In this document: positions 62,896-64,000 of the stretch, piece after piece
Layout: each line of letters starts with the position of its first letter
Numbering within the stretch: the first letter of the stretch is position 1
Sequence record: OP292222.1
Reading direction: 5' to 3' (one strand)
Length of the DNA stretch: 64,000 nt
From: Escherichia phage Esco_phi_B-01
Program-made: the position numbers and the translations under genes
Notes under the pieces: model-generated
Seen by the model: only the letters and a program-made list of their open reading frames with translations
Database searches by the model: none
What the model was told of the DNA's origin: nothing

Positions 62896-64000
<1,105 letters not shown>

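Overview
This window is a contiguous segment of a T4-like (Tevenvirinae-type) myovirus genome. All protein names come from my own reading of the translated ORFs against remembered T4 proteins, gene order and motifs; no database search was run. The plus strand carries an early/middle replication, recombination and host-takeover region in T4 order: 47, 46, rpbA-like, 45, 44, 62, regA, 43, imm-like, 42, uvsX, 40, 41, dmd, sp, 61, 56, soc, modB/modA-like, srd, dda, dexA, a fused 39+60 topoisomerase subunit, rIIA, rIIB, ndd, stp, 52, motA, asiA. A late module sits on the minus strand at 47250-57907 (holin t, gp38 adhesin, gp37, gp36, gp35, gp34), followed on the plus strand by rnh, dsbA, 33, 59, 32 and frd. 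Many small ORFs of unknown function lie in between. Regulatory signals are readable directly: about 20 copies of a T4-type early promoter (GTTTAC, 17-19 bp spacer, TGnTACTAT or TATAAT, often with a conserved 5' leader), four MotA-box middle promoters, four TATAAATA late promoters, and GC-hairpin plus T-run terminators. The most interesting feature is an expanded block between gene 43 and uvsX (11094-16332). It holds a translationally coupled operon encoding a fused sugar-1-phosphate nucleotidyltransferase/APH-like kinase, a small HAD phosphatase, a thymidylate-kinase-like protein, dCMP hydroxymethylase (gp42) and a 297-aa protein in the position of T4 beta-glucosyltransferase. I read this as a candidate self-contained pathway for a non-glucose hydroxymethylcytosine DNA hypermodification. 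Other observations worth a second look are a tandemly duplicated stp cassette upstream of gene 52, dmd bracketed by 16-bp direct repeats, and a strongly initiated minus-strand membrane-protein gene between 61 and 56.
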